64,000 bases of DNA from an uncultured Gemmatimonadales bacterium (GTDB taxonomy: Bacteria; Gemmatimonadota; Gemmatimonadetes; Gemmatimonadales; Gemmatimonadaceae). Of the stretch, positions 9,915 to 19,166 are shown piece by piece; position 1 is the stretch's first letter; every line of letters begins with the position of its first letter. The position numbers were made by a program, and so were the translations under genes. The stretch is taken from assembly GCA_963850905.1 (NCBI GenBank), contig CAWKMU010000003.1:864001-928000 (forward strand). Direction: 5' to 3'. The notes under the pieces were generated by a model. It was not told the DNA's origin. It searched no databases and saw nothing but the letters and a program-made list of their open reading frames with translations.

Positions 9915-10937
9915 ATGCGTTCAGCCCTGTCCCCGGTATCGGTTGGCAGCTTGCTGTGGGTCGTCAGCGCGTGCGGTTCGTCAACCGGGCCACACGTAGC
10001 CAGCATCTCGGGCACGTGGTTCGACACGACGAACTACTACCAGTCAGCCAACGTCCTGAACGTCACGCAGCACGGCGACAGCGTGCAAATTGTCAGCCCC
10101 GGCTACTACGTGAGTTTCACGTACGGCGGCGTCTCGTGGTGGAGCGAAGAAGGACAAGCCGCGGCCGCAACCGGTGCGATCTTCAAGGATTCGATCGCGA
10201 TCTGCGATGCGGACATCGGCCCACCGTGTCCAAACGTTACCGGCTATCTCCGCGACAGCGATCTGGTTTTGTATTTGGGGCCGTTGCCGGGCGTTCCGTT
10301 CGATACTGCTGGCCTGGGGTTTACCTTCTCTCACGGGGCATGGACACCAGGCAATACCAATCCGCCTTCAGGCGCCCCGGCTCCCGTGCAGGTCAGTAAT
10401 GTCTGGGTCTCCGACTCAATGTCGTGGAGTGGTACTTGTCCCGGCGTCGTGCAGATCGGACTCGGCGTAGGGAACTCGATCCTCCACGGTCTCCCTCCAA
10501 CGATATTCCAGCTCGTCCTCCCACTTTCCGATGGACAGTCGTGGGTTCGTCAGTGCGGCAGCTCATTATGGACCTCGCAATCCGACTATGTCGTGACGTG
10601 GTTTCCCATGCCGTGTACGTCGACCAATGCGTGCTTCATAGATGTGAGCGATACGATCGCCGCCAAGGACACGATCGATAGCTGGATCCTGCAGCCAGGT
10701 GGTGTGGATACGCTGGCAGACGTGACCCCGACGTACGTCAACACCGGGTGGCTCCCCCAGTTTTTCGTGCTGGATAGTGGCGCCACCTCGCTCGGGCGGG
10801 TGAGGAATGGACCGTGGCAAAGTCGCCCGATCGCGGCCGCGAGCCTGGCAGGTGTGACGGCGTATCAGAGCAGGTTGCGCCGGTACCGCGAAGCGCAGAC
10901 CCGTGCGCGTCGCCAGCGTCCACCCTGGGCCGCCTGA
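9915..10937 (+). CDS. Hypothetical lipoprotein
   Basis: Lipobox VSAC-G; long ORF; no family recognised. Confidence 0.55.
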   Translation: MRSALSPVSVGSLLWVVSACGSSTGPHVASISGTWFDTTNYYQSANVLNVTQHGDSVQIVSPGYYVSFTYGGVSWWSEEGQAAAATGAIFKDSIAICDADIGPPCPNVTGYLRDSDLVLYLGPLPGVPFDTAGLGFTFSHGAWTPGNTNPPSGAPAPVQVSNVWVSDSMSWSGTCPGVVQIGLGVGNSILHGLPPTIFQLVLPLSDGQSWVRQCGSSLWTSQSDYVVTWFPMPCTSTNACFIDVSDTIAAKDTIDSWILQPGGVDTLADVTPTYVNTGWLPQFFVLDSGATSLGRVRNGPWQSRPIAAASLAGVTAYQSRLRRYREAQTRARRQRPPWAA

Positions 10938-11033
10938 TGGCGCACCATATACGTCGTAACGCACCGCCCCGCATCGCACGGTGGCCGCGGGATGCGCCGG
11001 GATAGCAGCAGCCTTATTGTGATCGCACATCGG

Positions 11034-11057
11034 GGGTGGCCTGAAGGCCGCCCCTAC
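11034..11057 (-). repeat. GTAG-type REP (class A) at the RAYT 3' end
   Basis: Minus strand reads GTAGGGGCGGCCTTCAGGCCACCC. Confidence 0.9.
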
Positions 11058-11545
11058 ATGTCGGCGCGCAGTCCATTGTCTGGCGCCAGCCAGCGACGGG
11101 GATTGTTTGCGATGTAGCGCCGACAAGCAGCTAATTCCGTGGCGTTTCGGATTACGCGATCATGGAAACCGCGCTGCCAGAATGGACCAGCCCGGCTCCA
11201 GGCGACGTTGATGCGTTTCGCAGCGAGACCCTTGAATGCGCCAACGACCTGCCCAAGGGTGATCGATTCACCAGCTGTCATCGACAAAATGACGTGAACG
11301 TGGTCCGGCATGATCACATAACGGTCTACCGCGATCGACCAGTGTCGCTCAACGACAATACCCAGCGCCTCGGCCGTGGCCTCACCTGCAGCCGTGAGAT
11401 GAATGGTGCCGCCTTTCACGACGCTCAGCACGTCTGCACGGGTCCGAACAACGGTGGTCACAAGGTACGATCCGTTGCGCGCGTATACCCGGCCCGGCAG
11501 TCGCAGACTGGGATTTCTCGGCCTTCGCAAGAACAATCGCGGCAT
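11054..11545 (-). CDS. REP-associated tyrosine transposase (RAYT, Y1_Tnp/HUH family)
   Basis: SLRLPG..Y...GSYLVT, YVIMPDHVH (HUH), FKG, WQRGFHDRVIR, YIANNP; flanked by GTAG REPs. Confidence 0.93.
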   Translation of the reverse strand: MPRLFLRRPRNPSLRLPGRVYARNGSYLVTTVVRTRADVLSVVKGGTIHLTAAGEATAEALGIVVERHWSIAVDRYVIMPDHVHVILSMTAGESITLGQVVGAFKGLAAKRINVAWSRAGPFWQRGFHDRVIRNATELAACRRYIANNPRRWLAPDNGLRADM

Positions 11546-11640
11546 GCCGCCAGATGGCGCTCCCGCGTCATCGCAACGTCAAACGTTGCGCTAAGGGATG
11601 AGGCTCAAGTCGACAAAGGCGCTCCGTTCCCGGAAACGGC

Positions 11641-12054
11641 ACGCCGACATGTAGGGGCGGCCTTTAGGCCGCCCACCATCCATGCGCCGACCGCCGAACT
11701 CCCTGGCCAACGGCGCCGACGTTTCCCCGACAGCCGTACGATTCGTTCTCGGTAATGGCCACGCCGACATGTAGGGGCGGCCTTTAGGCCGCCCACCCTC
11801 CACGCGCCGACCGCCGAACTCCCTGGCCAACGGCGCCGACGTTTCCCCGACAGCCGTACGACTCGTTCTCGGTAATGGCCACGCCGACATGTAGGGGCCG
11901 CCTTCAGGCCGCCCACCATCCACGCGCCGACCGCCGAACTCCCTGGCCAACGGCGCCGACGTTTCCCCGACAGCCGTACGACTCGTTCTCGGTAATGGCC
12001 ACGCCGACATGTAGGGGCGGCCTTCAGGCCGCCCACCATCCATGCGCCGACCGC
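11641..12054 (+). repeat. Tandem array of 120-bp units, each starting with a class A REP (about 3.5 units, 4 REPs)
   Basis: Units start at 11641, 11761, 11881 and 12001 with ACGCCGACATGTAGGGGCSGCCTTYAGGCCGCCC; linkers near-identical. Confidence 0.95.
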
Positions 12055-12064
12055 ACTCCGGTCG

Positions 12065-12802
12065 TCAATGCGCGCCCAACGACTCCCGCACCACCCCGTA
12101 CGACGTGCCCCACGCGTCCGTCATCTGGTTGCGGATCTCCCAGAGCTCGGGGAAGAAATAGGTCTTGACGCCCTCGAGCATCCGGTCGACGGGACGACCC
12201 TTGAGCGACTTGGCGCCGAGCCCGATCGTACGGTTGATCAATTGCACGTGACAGTACCGGAATCGCTGGAACAGCTCATCGAATTCCGCAAGCGCCTCGG
12301 CGACGACATAGGCGTCGGAGTGTGAGTACTCGGAGTTGTAGATCTTCTCGACCGTGAGGTCGTGCCGCTCGAGGTAGCTCGTGCGGAACGATTTCCACAG
12401 CTGCGCGGGCATCTTGAGAATCGTCCGGAACCCGGGCGACTCCTGTCCGCTGCCGTTCCCCAGCTGCACACGGATCTCCTGATACTCCTTGGGCGACATC
12501 GTCTCCAGCAGCGACAGCTGCTCCGTCATGAGGCGCAGCGCAATGCGCACCCGGTGCATCAGCGTGAGCACGCGATTCGTGTTCTCCTGCTGCAGGTAGT
12601 CATCGACGTCGAGCAGCGTGTAGCCGATGAGCTTCATCCACAGCTCTTCGACCTGATGCACGATCTGAAACTGCAACTCGTCGCGGTTGCAGAACTCGTG
12701 GAAATCCTTCTGGCACGAGAGCAGTGCCTTGGTGTTGAGGTAGAGCTCGTAGTCGAGCGTCCCCTCGCCATTCATCGTTGCGTAGAACTGCTCGCGGTCC
12801 AC
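12065..12802 (-). CDS. Tryptophan 2,3-dioxygenase superfamily heme protein (MarE-like loop)
   Basis: YELYLNT, DELQFQIVHQVEELW, GNGSGQESPGF, proximal His region RYCHVQLINRTIG, FFPELW. Confidence 0.88.
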   Translation of the reverse strand: MDREQFYATMNGEGTLDYELYLNTKALLSCQKDFHEFCNRDELQFQIVHQVEELWMKLIGYTLLDVDDYLQQENTNRVLTLMHRVRIALRLMTEQLSLLETMSPKEYQEIRVQLGNGSGQESPGFRTILKMPAQLWKSFRTSYLERHDLTVEKIYNSEYSHSDAYVVAEALAEFDELFQRFRYCHVQLINRTIGLGAKSLKGRPVDRMLEGVKTYFFPELWEIRNQMTDAWGTSYGVVRESLGAH

Positions 12803-12885
12803 TAGAGCCCCCAGCGCAGGTACGGTGGAAAGTTACTCAACGCCGCGACTGCTCGGTCCAAACACCACGGACTGGCCTACGGCGG

Positions 12886-12909
12886 GTAGGGGCGACGCAT
12901 GCGTCGCCC
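12886..12909 (+). repeat. GTAG-type REP (class B)
   Basis: GTAGGGGCGACGCATGCGTCGCCC hairpin. Confidence 0.85.
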
Positions 12910-12959
12910 GCAATCGCGGCACCGCCCGTCCACGGTCGAGCGCGCCCGCGGCGGCCGCC

Positions 12960-14420
12960 TCAGCGCCCAGTCGCCTCCAAGGGGGCGTCGTTCGCCGTCT
13001 CCGACACGGGGCGGCGGGCGCCCGCGCGCCTGGACCGCACGAGCAGGTACACCAGGCTCACGACTCCCAGCCAGGGAAGGCCCCAGAGAAGCGCTGGACG
13101 CATCCCATCCACGAACCAGGTCGTGATCATGATCGCCACAATGGCCGCGGCCCCCAGGATCGAGGTGTACGGATAACCGATCATGTGCACCGGCAGTCGC
13201 GGACGGCCCAACGCGACCCAGCGCCGGCGGAAGTAGAGATGGGTGATGAAGATCATCAGCCAGACGAACAGTGCACCGAACAGCGCAACGCCAAACAAGA
13301 CGACGTACGCCGTATCGGGGTACCTGAGTGCGACCGCAACGGCGATGATGAGACCGGCGGCCGAGACCAGCAGTGCGACGAGCGGGACGCCTCGCTTGGA
13401 AACGCGGCCCCATGAAGCGGGCGCGAACCCACCGCGAGCGAGTGAGAACAGCATGCGCGAGGTGAGATATAGGTTGCAGTTGATGCTCGATGCAGCAGCC
13501 GTGATCACGACGAAGTTCACCAGGTTCGCCGCCGACGGGATCCCGATGAGGCGGAAGACATTGACGAATGGACTCGCCGTCACGTCGGCGCCCGGCTGGA
13601 TCTCGGTCCACGGGACGATCGCCACGAGTACGAACATCGCGCCCAGATAGAACACGATCAGGCGACCCACAACCTGACGCATCGCCCGCGGCACCGCTCG
13701 CGACGGGTCCTTGGCCTCGCCCGCAGTCACGGCGACGACCTCCGTCCCAATGAAGCTGAAAATGACGAAGACGATCGCGGTCCAGACCGGCGGTCCGCCC
13801 TTCGCGAAAAAGCCCCCGTGTGCCGTGAGGTTCGTGAGGCCAATGGCTGGGCGATGCCCGATCCCCGTGAGCAACGCGAAACCCAGCGCAATGAACAGCA
13901 CGATGGCGACGACCTTGATCATCGAGAGCCAGTACTCGACGCCGCCGAAACTGCCCACACTGCTGGCATTCACAAACAACAGGGCCGCGCCGAACACGGA
14001 CACCCATAACCACTGTGGCGTGTGCGGAAACCACCATTGACAGTAGATAGCGATCGCGACCGCTTCGCCACCAATCGCGATGACCTGACACGCCCAATAC
14101 GTGTAGCGCACCACGAATCCCGCCCACGGATTCACGTACATCTCGGCGTACACGCCAAATGAGCCTGGAGCCGGGTGGGCAACCGCCATCTCCGACAATG
14201 CGCCCATGAACAGCAGTGCGATCACCGCGCCAATCAGGTACGTGATCAGCACGGCTGGCCCTGCCATGTGGACCGCCAGCGAACTGCCGAGGAAAAGGCC
14301 GGTGCCGATCGCCCCACCGATGGCGATCATACTGAGCTGGCCGGTCGTCAGCGCGCGCGACAGCTCCTCGCCGCGCTCGATCGCGTCCGGCGCCCGCGCG
14401 CCGGGCGCCTCCTCAGTCAT
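12960..14420 (-). CDS. Amino acid permease (APC, AAT/AroP-like)
   Basis: MIAIGGAIGTGLFLGS, FSFIGTEVV..TAGEAKDP, SRMLFSLA. Confidence 0.93.
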   Translation of the reverse strand: MTEEAPGARAPDAIERGEELSRALTTGQLSMIAIGGAIGTGLFLGSSLAVHMAGPAVLITYLIGAVIALLFMGALSEMAVAHPAPGSFGVYAEMYVNPWAGFVVRYTYWACQVIAIGGEAVAIAIYCQWWFPHTPQWLWVSVFGAALLFVNASSVGSFGGVEYWLSMIKVVAIVLFIALGFALLTGIGHRPAIGLTNLTAHGGFFAKGGPPVWTAIVFVIFSFIGTEVVAVTAGEAKDPSRAVPRAMRQVVGRLIVFYLGAMFVLVAIVPWTEIQPGADVTASPFVNVFRLIGIPSAANLVNFVVITAAASSINCNLYLTSRMLFSLARGGFAPASWGRVSKRGVPLVALLVSAAGLIIAVAVALRYPDTAYVVLFGVALFGALFVWLMIFITHLYFRRRWVALGRPRLPVHMIGYPYTSILGAAAIVAIMITTWFVDGMRPALLWGLPWLGVVSLVYLLVRSRRAGARRPVSETANDAPLEATGR

Positions 14421-15171
14421 CTTCGTACGCGGCGCCAGGACTACCTGACGGATGAAATACTCCGAGCACGCGGATCGGCGCCGGGCCCGGGTTCTCCAGA
14501 CAGTGCACCACGCCGACGGGGAAATAGATGCTCGAGCCAGCACCGAACTCCGTCACATGCCGCTGACCGCGCAAGTGGAGCATGCCATTGCCCTCGAGGA
14601 TGTAGATCCCTTCCTCATAGGTGTGCCGGTGGAACGGCGCACGACTCTTCGGAATCAACCCGACAAACTGCGTGACCGACTCGCAGCCGACATCGGTGTG
14701 CACCAGATACCGGAACACCCGGTCCTTGCCCGCACGAATCGGCTCACGTTCCTCCGCGCGCACACTACGCTTGGGCGCCTCGCCGGCACGCGGGCTCGTC
14801 CGCGTCTCGCTCACGTGGCGGCCGGAGTCCTCCGGGCAGCACGCGCTCACGAGACGCAATGCGTCCGGACCACGATTCTCGATGTGATAGTCCGTCCCGG
14901 GAGGGACGAACACGCCGACGCCGGGCTCGAGCGCGTAAGCGAATCCGCCGAGGTGACAGGTCCCCGTCCCTTGCACGACGTAGAGCACTTCCTCCGCCCG
15001 GGGATTCACGACTGACGGAGATGTCCCGACCGCGTAGTCGTTGATCATCTGCGTGATCAGCGTCGTTCCGCTCGCCCGACACATCACCGTCCGGGCGGTC
15101 CACGGACCGGCCGACACGACCTCACCATCACCGGGCTCGTAGACTCGACAGCCGCCCGTGAGGACCTTCAT
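14413..15171 (-). CDS. Two-domain cupin protein
   Basis: Two cupin repeats; the C-terminal one has HRHTYEE...H metal ligands. Confidence 0.85.
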   Translation of the reverse strand: MKVLTGGCRVYEPGDGEVVSAGPWTARTVMCRASGTTLITQMINDYAVGTSPSVVNPRAEEVLYVVQGTGTCHLGGFAYALEPGVGVFVPPGTDYHIENRGPDALRLVSACCPEDSGRHVSETRTSPRAGEAPKRSVRAEEREPIRAGKDRVFRYLVHTDVGCESVTQFVGLIPKSRAPFHRHTYEEGIYILEGNGMLHLRGQRHVTEFGAGSSIYFPVGVVHCLENPGPAPIRVLGVFHPSGSPGAAYEDD

Positions 15172-16313
15172 GCTCGCACCATCAGGTCGATGTTGTCCTC
15201 GAGCGCCGCCAGCGTGGCGTCGACGTCCGCCGTGTTGTTGTACACATGAAACGCGAAGCGGACCCCGTCATGTCGGGCCGACACGATCACCCCTCGCTCG
15301 GCCAACTTGGCAACCATCGCGCGCGTGTCATGCGAGCGGAGCACGACCAGCGGACCGACCGTGGACGCCGGCGTCTTGCAGTCGATGCCGAGCGCGCGAG
15401 CGCCGTCGAAGAACAACCGGGACAGCCGCTCGACTTGCGCCGCCACGTTCTCCATCCCGATGCGCGTGAGCAGCTCGAGCGCGGGTCGTGCCAGGAAGAT
15501 GTTCGGGATCGATGGCGAGCCGCCCTCGAATCGACGGGCCGTCGAGGCGGGGTCGAGATGCAGCGTGTCGTACGCGAACATGTTCTGCTGCGCCATCCAG
15601 CTCGTCACGGTCGGCGAGAGCGACTCGATGAGTCCCCGCCGCACGTAGAGGAACGCCACCCCCGGTGGACCCAGGAGGTACTTCAAGGTGCCGGTGACGT
15701 AGAAATCTACGTTCGTCGCCTTCACGTCGACCGGCCTCGTGCCGGCGTCCTGGAAATCATCGAGAAAGAGCAGCGCGCCACGGTCGTGCGCGAGCCGTGT
15801 GATCGCGCCCACGTCCGACCGCATGCCATTGATGAACGACACGTGGGCCAGCGGGACGATAGCGGTGCGCTCGTTGATCGCGCGCTCGTAACACTCCGTC
15901 GGCAGCGTGTTGTGGCTGCCCTTGAGGAACTGCACCTTGGCGCCGCGCGGCTGCTGTGCGAGCCAGATCTGCCCCATGGTCGGGAATTCGTACTCACTCA
16001 TCACGACCTGGTCGCGCCCGTTGAATTGCACCGCGGTCGCTATCGGGTTGATCCCGGCCGACGCGCTCGTCACGATCGCCACTTCATCCGGCTCGGCGTT
16101 GATGAACCGCGCGAACAGCCGTCGCAGATCCTCGTACGCCTCGATCCACTCGTCCCAGGGCGCGACCGCCGTCCGCCAACTCGCGGCAAAACGTCGCATG
16201 CCCTCTTCGGACGCATCGGACATCGCTCCCTGCGAGCAGTTGTACAGGTAGGTCTTCTGCCGCAGGATCGGGAAATGTGAACGGACCTCAGCCAATTGGG
16301 TTTCGGTCAGCAC
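15168..16313 (-). CDS. Class V PLP-dependent enzyme (kynureninase/lyase-like)
   Basis: EFPT, HVSFING, DDFQDAG, GTLKYLLGPPG (PLP lysine), RRFEGG; no desulfurase catalytic Cys motif. Confidence 0.85.
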   Translation of the reverse strand: MLTETQLAEVRSHFPILRQKTYLYNCSQGAMSDASEEGMRRFAASWRTAVAPWDEWIEAYEDLRRLFARFINAEPDEVAIVTSASAGINPIATAVQFNGRDQVVMSEYEFPTMGQIWLAQQPRGAKVQFLKGSHNTLPTECYERAINERTAIVPLAHVSFINGMRSDVGAITRLAHDRGALLFLDDFQDAGTRPVDVKATNVDFYVTGTLKYLLGPPGVAFLYVRRGLIESLSPTVTSWMAQQNMFAYDTLHLDPASTARRFEGGSPSIPNIFLARPALELLTRIGMENVAAQVERLSRLFFDGARALGIDCKTPASTVGPLVVLRSHDTRAMVAKLAERGVIVSARHDGVRFAFHVYNNTADVDATLAALEDNIDLMVRA

Positions 16314-16317
16314 GGCA

Positions 16318-16450
16318 GGGATAGGGGGTTAGGGGTTAGAAGTAGGGACAACAAAACGCGTGGGTGGACGTTACGAGCCGTGAGGGCCGAGGACAACGTC
16401 CCTGCCTCTGTTCTTCTCCCAAAGCCCTGGTCCCTAACCGCTGGTCCCGG
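16318..16450. repeat. Degenerate heptamer-flanked element (GGGGTTA / CCCTAAC)
   Basis: GGGGTTAGGGGTTAG..ACAAA on the left, CCCTGGTCCCTAACC on the right; core not conserved. Confidence 0.4.
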
Positions 16451-16471
16451 CAGTTCGTACCTTCCGCCACC

Positions 16472-17959
16472 ATGCCAATGCTCTCCAGAACGGTTCGCCG
16501 ACTGGTGGGATGCGCCCTGGTCGCGGGGGTCGCGCCTCGCGGCGCCGCCGCGCAAGGACTCTCGCCCGACGTCCGCAAATTCGTCCGTGTCGACACACCG
16601 ATCGTCGTGCTGACGCATGTCCGGGTCATCGATGGGACCGGGGCACCGGCCCGCGACGATGAGACCCTGGTGCTCACACGCGGATCCATCACCGCAGTGG
16701 GCCCGGCGGGGTTGGCGACACCGGCCGGCGCGCAGGTGCTCGACCTGCGGGGTTACTCCGTCATCCCCGGCCTCGTGGGGATGCACGACCACATGTTCTA
16801 CACGCACTCGCTGGACCGCGACAGCCTGGGACGATCCGCGCCGCCCGGCCAGACGGCGGCGGAGCAGGCCTTCTCCTTTCCGCGCCTCTATCTCGCGGCC
16901 GGTGTGACGACGATTCGCACGACGGGCAGCATGGAACCGTACATGGACCTCAACCTGAAAACGCAGATCGATGACGGTCGCGCGCCAGGGCCGACCATGT
17001 ACATCTCGTCCCCATACCTCGAAGGGAAGGGAACGCAGTTCCCGCAGATGCACGAGCTCACGGGGCCTGAGGACGCACGGAAGATGGTCGACTTCTGGGC
17101 CGACGCCGGCGCGACCTCTTTCAAGGCATATATGCATATCACGCGGGGGGACCTCGGCGCCGCGATCGCCGAGGCCCACCGGCGTGGCATCAAGGTCACG
17201 GGCCACCTGTGCTCCGTCGGATGGCGTGAGGCCATGGCCCTTGGCATCGATGACTTCGAGCACGGTCCCGTCGGCACGGACGCCGAGTTCGTGCCGGGCA
17301 AACAGCCCGACACCTGCCCCGGGGGAGCCGCGATTTTCGGCAGCTGGCTCAACACCGACGTGCCCGGTCCGAGAGCCGATTCCCTGATTCACGATCTCGT
17401 CGCGCGTCACGTGGCCGTCACGTCCACATTGCCGGTGTTCGAGCTCACCGTGCCCGATCGCCCGCCGCTCCAGCGCCGCGTACTCGATGCGATGTCCGCC
17501 GAGTCGCGCCTCAGCTACCTGACCATGCGAGCGCGCGGCACGCCGCCATGGAACGGTCGCCCCCTCCCGTGGGCGAGCCTCCTCGCGAAAGAGGAGGCGT
17601 TCGAGCTCGCCTTTGTGAAGGCCGGCGGCCTGCTCCTCGCCGGGCCGGATCCCACGGGCATCGGCGGTGTGCTCGCCGGCTACGGCGACCAGCGCGAGGT
17701 CGAGCTCCTGGTCGAGGCGGGGTTTACGCCCCTTGAAGCGATTCGGATTGCGACCGCCAACGGCGCCCAGTTCCTCGGCCAGGCCGACCACTTCGGCACG
17801 ATCGCACCCGGGAAACAGGCAGACCTCGTGGTGATCCGAGGCGACCCATCGACCCACATCGCCGACATCGAGAACGTGGACATCGTGTTCAAGGGAGGCG
17901 TCGGGTATGACTCGGGCAAATTGATCGAGGCGGTGAGGGGGGTCGTCGGAATACGTTGA
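16472..17959 (+). CDS. Secreted metal-dependent amidohydrolase
   Basis: Signal peptide; IPGLVGMHDH, GVTTIR, GH, EH, AGPD, GTIAPGKQADLV. Confidence 0.9.
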   Translation: MPMLSRTVRRLVGCALVAGVAPRGAAAQGLSPDVRKFVRVDTPIVVLTHVRVIDGTGAPARDDETLVLTRGSITAVGPAGLATPAGAQVLDLRGYSVIPGLVGMHDHMFYTHSLDRDSLGRSAPPGQTAAEQAFSFPRLYLAAGVTTIRTTGSMEPYMDLNLKTQIDDGRAPGPTMYISSPYLEGKGTQFPQMHELTGPEDARKMVDFWADAGATSFKAYMHITRGDLGAAIAEAHRRGIKVTGHLCSVGWREAMALGIDDFEHGPVGTDAEFVPGKQPDTCPGGAAIFGSWLNTDVPGPRADSLIHDLVARHVAVTSTLPVFELTVPDRPPLQRRVLDAMSAESRLSYLTMRARGTPPWNGRPLPWASLLAKEEAFELAFVKAGGLLLAGPDPTGIGGVLAGYGDQREVELLVEAGFTPLEAIRIATANGAQFLGQADHFGTIAPGKQADLVVIRGDPSTHIADIENVDIVFKGGVGYDSGKLIEAVRGVVGIR

Positions 17960-17988
17960 CGGACGTGCCTCGCGCGGGCGGTGACCGT

Positions 17989-18012
17989 GGGCGACGCATG
18001 CGTGGCCCCTAC
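17989..18012 (-). repeat. GTAG-type REP (class B)
   Basis: Minus strand reads GTAGGGGCCACGCATGCGTCGCCC, with the same upstream GGCGG as the 12886 copy. Confidence 0.85.
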
Positions 18013-18137
18013 CCGCCTGGGCCAGTGCGTCGTAGTCTCCTTTCTCCTTTCTGTACTTCTCCTTTCTTGAGCGCCTTAGCGCCCGCCCCCTGATCCCTGA
18101 TCCCGCCCCTTCAGGTTCAACCCCAATCCCTACCACC

Positions 18138-18920
18138 GTGCCAGACCTACTCACCCAATTCGCAACTGCGATTGCGAGCGGCGCGATCCGCGTCATCGAT
18201 CTCACGCAGCCGCTGGACCCCACGACACCGGTCATCCAATTGCCACCGGACTTCGGGAAGAGCTGGCCGTTCGAGATCGAAGAGATCTCGAAGTACGATA
18301 GCCGCGGACCGGCCTGGTACTGGAACAACTTCTCGTGCGGCGAGCACACCGGCACGCATTTCGACGCGCCAATCCACTGGGTCACCGGGAAGGACTACCC
18401 GAGCAACGCCACCGACTCGATCCCAGCCGAGAAGTTCGTCGCCCCTGCCTGCGTGGTGGATGTGTCGAAGGAAGTCGCCAAGAATGCCGATTTTCTGCTC
18501 ACGATTCAGCACATCGAGGGATGGGAGAAGACACACGGTCGCATCGAGGCCGGATCGTGGGTGCTGATGCGCACCGACTGGTCGAAGCGACGCGATCCAT
18601 CAGCATTTCTCAACATGAAAGAGGACGGTGCCCACGTACCGGGCCCGCACCCCGACCTCGTCCCTTTCCTCGCGCGTGAGCGCAACGTCATCGGCTGGGG
18701 CTCCGAGGGCGTCGGGACTGACGCCGGCCAGGCTTTCACGTTCAATCCGCCGTTCCCCTGTCACAGCATCATGCATGGCAGCAACAAGTTCGGGCTGGCC
18801 AGCCTCACGAACCTCGACAAACTGCCGCCGAAAGGCGCGATTCTGATCACGCCACCGCTCAAGATCGTTCGCGGCTCCGGGAGCCCGTGCCGGGTCCTGG
18901 CACTGGTTGGGCAGGCGTGA
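18138..18920 (+). CDS. Cyclase family metallohydrolase (isatin hydrolase / kynurenine formamidase-like)
   Basis: IDLTQPL, WYWNNFSCGEHTGTHFDAPIHW (HxGTHxD), GSGSPCRVLA. Confidence 0.9.
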   Translation: MPDLLTQFATAIASGAIRVIDLTQPLDPTTPVIQLPPDFGKSWPFEIEEISKYDSRGPAWYWNNFSCGEHTGTHFDAPIHWVTGKDYPSNATDSIPAEKFVAPACVVDVSKEVAKNADFLLTIQHIEGWEKTHGRIEAGSWVLMRTDWSKRRDPSAFLNMKEDGAHVPGPHPDLVPFLARERNVIGWGSEGVGTDAGQAFTFNPPFPCHSIMHGSNKFGLASLTNLDKLPPKGAILITPPLKIVRGSGSPCRVLALVGQA

Positions 18921-18923
18921 GGG

Positions 18924-19082
18924 GGGTGACGGGTGACGGGTGACGGGTGACGGGTGACGGGTGACGGTGACGGGGAAAACGCGACGTGCACTGGCTTGTC
19001 AACCGAGCTCTACAATTACCTTCGCCTCACGATATGTTGTCGTTCCCGTCACCCGTCGCCCGTTTGCCTTTATCCGTCGCCC
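18924..19082. repeat. Heptamer-flanked element, GGGTGAC type
   Basis: (GGGTGAC)x6 plus 1 imperfect copy, GTGCAC nearby, inverted CCCGTCACCCGTCGCCCGT at about 19045. Confidence 0.8.
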
Positions 19083-19166
19083 ACACCTCTCGCCGCTCAG
19101 TCCCGGGACTTACTAATTAGGTAGGCCCAAACCCGCTCTCGTCCTTCCCTTTAGCCCCTCGCCACC

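Noticed and set aside
11591..12043. ORFs with 40-aa repeats
   Set aside because: They arise from the 120-bp REP array; no coding evidence.
11641..12054. CRISPR array
   Set aside because: The inter-repeat sequences are near-identical rather than unique spacers, the repeat is a GTAG REP next to a RAYT, and no cas genes are present.
16307..18385. Long antisense ORFs (692 aa here; also 26145..28139 and 19553..21190)
   Set aside because: Shadow frames of well-supported genes in high-GC DNA; no recognisable motifs.
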